From the human T2T-CHM13v2.0 reference genome, Homo sapiens: 64,000 nt of DNA. Location: assembly GCF_009914755.1 (NCBI RefSeq), contig NC_060929.1; one strand, written 5' to 3'. Made by a program: the position numbers and the translations under genes. Positions within the stretch are counted from its first letter, which is position 1. Each line of letters starts with the position of its first letter. Positions 61,351-64,000 of the stretch are shown piece after piece. The notes under the pieces were generated by a model. It saw only the letters and a program-made list of their open reading frames with translations. It made no database searches and was not told the DNA's origin.

Positions 61351-63927
61351 GTTCAATCAGAGTGAACTTTGTTTTCAACAAGAATTCTCCATAGCTGGTA
61401 TTGTGTACTTCCTTCATGAGGCATACAATTTCTGGGTATCTCAATGTGTGATGTTGATTAGCGCTGGTAATCATTGCCCAGTAATGTAGTTTCATTAGGC
61501 ATTTAAAAAACGGTGATATTCTTCCATGTCTACCATTTTTCCCTCTTTTTTTAAGCTCAGAAAATTAATGATCTTCTCTCCATTTTGCATGTTGCTTAAT
61601 TTTATTTCCTGTTTCATTGAGTGGTCGTTCGAGTCATTGATTTTCACTACTTAGTTATTTTCATTGATGACTTAGATTTTTCTTTAACAAGGTTTAATTG
61701 GTTCAGTTTTTGTTTTGCAGCTACTATGCTTTCTTTTCTTCTGTATAAAAGAATACCAGCTGTTTTCAAAATCTACTTTTGTGTGATTGTTCTGTATCAG
61801 GAATAGCACAGGCATTTTTTTTTCTCCCAATTATTTTTTCTGGTTCTTTAAAATTTTACTAAGTCAAGTTATTATTATTGTTCTTCCTCTCTTCTTGTGA
61901 TTCTTTGGCTAATCTCTAGAGATCTAGTCTAATGGTAGACAGATTTGAGATTTTGTGACAAGTGCTAGGTTTATGGCTCTCTTTGGTGTTGGAGAAAATT
62001 CCACTGGTGCCATTCACTGCGAAAGAAAAATTTTCAAGATTCAACTACAAACTCAAGGAATGGCTTAGTGATGTGACAAAGGAAACTGTCTGTTGTATTT
62101 CTGTGATGCTGAAACTTTCATTCTTATGTGAGAGCATTATACCAATAGCAAGATTTTCAACATGAAGTATCACATGGAGTTAGAATTAGGGAGCACGCTA
62201 TCTTGGGGAGATACTTCCATTCCTCTTCTCATAATCTGCATAGTAAAGAATGCTCTATTTAATAGCAGGGTAGATCTTCTGTATTTGAAAACAAGGAGTA
62301 TGTCAGCTGGAGATGAGCATTTCACTCCTGCTTTCCTCTTAAATTCTCCAAATTGAGTTTAGGGTTCAGGCGGATTTTTGCATCTGTTTTCTTTTTCTAG
62401 CCCTGAAATTATTAGACATATTAGGGGCTGGAATGTTCAGGCTATCCTCAACATAATATTTCCTATACTGCACACATTAAATTGATTTTACTGAGCCAAT
62501 TTCTCTGAATTCAAGTTGTATCTGCCGTAGTACCTTTCATTCCTCCCCTTGTTAGAACAACAACTTCTGGCAGCATGCCTCTCCAGAAAGACTGCCTAGG
62601 GCCGCTTGACAGAAGACACCATTCCTAGGTTTTAACTCATTAGGTGACAGACTGTAGAAATTATTGTAAAAATTGAGAATATATTTGGTTCTCTCATTCT
62701 TCTAAGCAACAGTTGAGAATTGTTTTTCTTTTTAGGATATCTTTTCATGGATATATTACAGAGAAATAAGAAAAGATAAATTTAGTTATATTTGTATCTT
62801 CTAAAAAGACCATTATATTTATTTATAAAAATGTATTCATTTATTAATACACATCCATTATAATTACTTTACTTTAACATAAGTATGCAGAATGCCTAGT
62901 AGTACAATATTACTTTTTGTATTCTCCACCTTAGTTTGGTAACATGACCCCTTTTTAGTCAATCATACAAGAAAATGACTTTGTCCTGAACCAAGGCAGG
63001 CTGCTGCTTTGAGAGGTCCCAAAGAACAGCAGGGGTTTTATAACATCAAGATAGTTCTTTCTGTGATAAATTTTACCTCTTTTGTTCAGGGCATGCATCA
63101 GAATTATCAACAAATAGTTAATTGGAAACAGTGCCTAGAATACAATTTTGAATATCATCCTTATTTTGTACAAAATATGGTTCTGTCATTTCCCACCCAG
63201 TTGAACTTGAGATTTTCATTTTGATGTTGAGAAAAAGAAAATTACAAGTAATAAAGTGATCAAAAGGCCATCTTCAGTGTAAGATTAATGCTGAGACTAG
63301 TATATTTACCATACAATTGTATAAGTAGAAGGTTTTTTATTTTTCTTTTTCTTTCTTCCTTTTTTGTAAGAAAGGAGTTTTAACTCTACATTTTGTGTTC
63401 ACTCCTCACTTAAAGTAAAATTGGGTTAGAAAAGAGAAATGTGTGAAAGCCGTATTTGGAGTTGCTTTGTATAATTAATGAGTCATCATCTCCCTCAAGC
63501 AGAGAATCAGGAAGCTAACCTTTGCTGACTGTGATTATTAGTCTGAGAACCTCTACATTCTGACTTGCTATTTTCTCATCCTTAAGATTGCAATCTTTAC
63601 TACTGTTCATATCATAAATGCTGAACCCAAAGGATTAGGCCCTAACCTAAAGGATTTCAACACCAATCTCTTCCAGAACTGAAGGTCTCTAAAGAGAAAT
63701 TAGAGCATTCTTTTCCAAATGCTACTAACCTCTGCTGGCTGAGTTACTGGACTAACTTATTAATGTTTAACCTCTCAGTCATAAAATGTTGGTAATAACA
63801 ATTTTATTTAGTCAAAGTGTCACATTGAATTTTATGGGAATGAACTTATTTTTCAGTGCCAATAACAAAGAAGTCAAATTAGGTAAATTTCTTTATGAGT
63901 GAAGAAAACATAATATGTGATTCCCTC

Positions 63928-64000
63928 TTATTTTTTTCCCCCTAGGCTGGAGTGCAGTGGTGGGATCTCACCTCACTGCAACCTCCACCTGCCGGGTTCA
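63928..64000 (-). mobile_element. Alu (3' end, cut by window end), lacking the ~20 nt next to the tail
   Basis: ccctaggctggagtgcagtggtgggatctcacctcactgcaacctccacct...gggttca. Confidence 0.9.

Overview
AT-rich, CpG-depleted primate (human-like) genomic DNA, intronic or intergenic in character. No protein-coding gene, RNA gene or CRISPR array can be supported. The longer ORFs in the track mostly come from simple repeats, L1 or MaLR elements, and the rest look like chance ORFs. Much of the window is interspersed repeat: 3 Alus, several L1 fragments of different ages, L2/MIR relics, MaLR/ERVL LTRs, a two-LTR THE1 provirus, and hAT MITEs (MER20, MER58A, MER1B). Subfamily names are assigned by eye from recalled consensus motifs and are approximate. 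The most functional-looking part is a ~7.6 kb stretch (about 14.0-21.7 kb) with no recognisable transposon. It contains a co-oriented + strand cluster of strong splice signals (19.4-20.7 kb), a local CpG-retaining patch and neural-type TF motifs, consistent with 5' non-coding exons or an internal promoter of a large gene or lncRNA that I cannot name. Other notable items are an ultra-short (~42 bp) young L1PA insertion with TSD, two MIRs split by nested insertions, an L1 lacking its RT core, a 54-bp perfect tandem duplication, and small fold-back/templated-insertion scars. I found no evidence for a novel multi-gene system.
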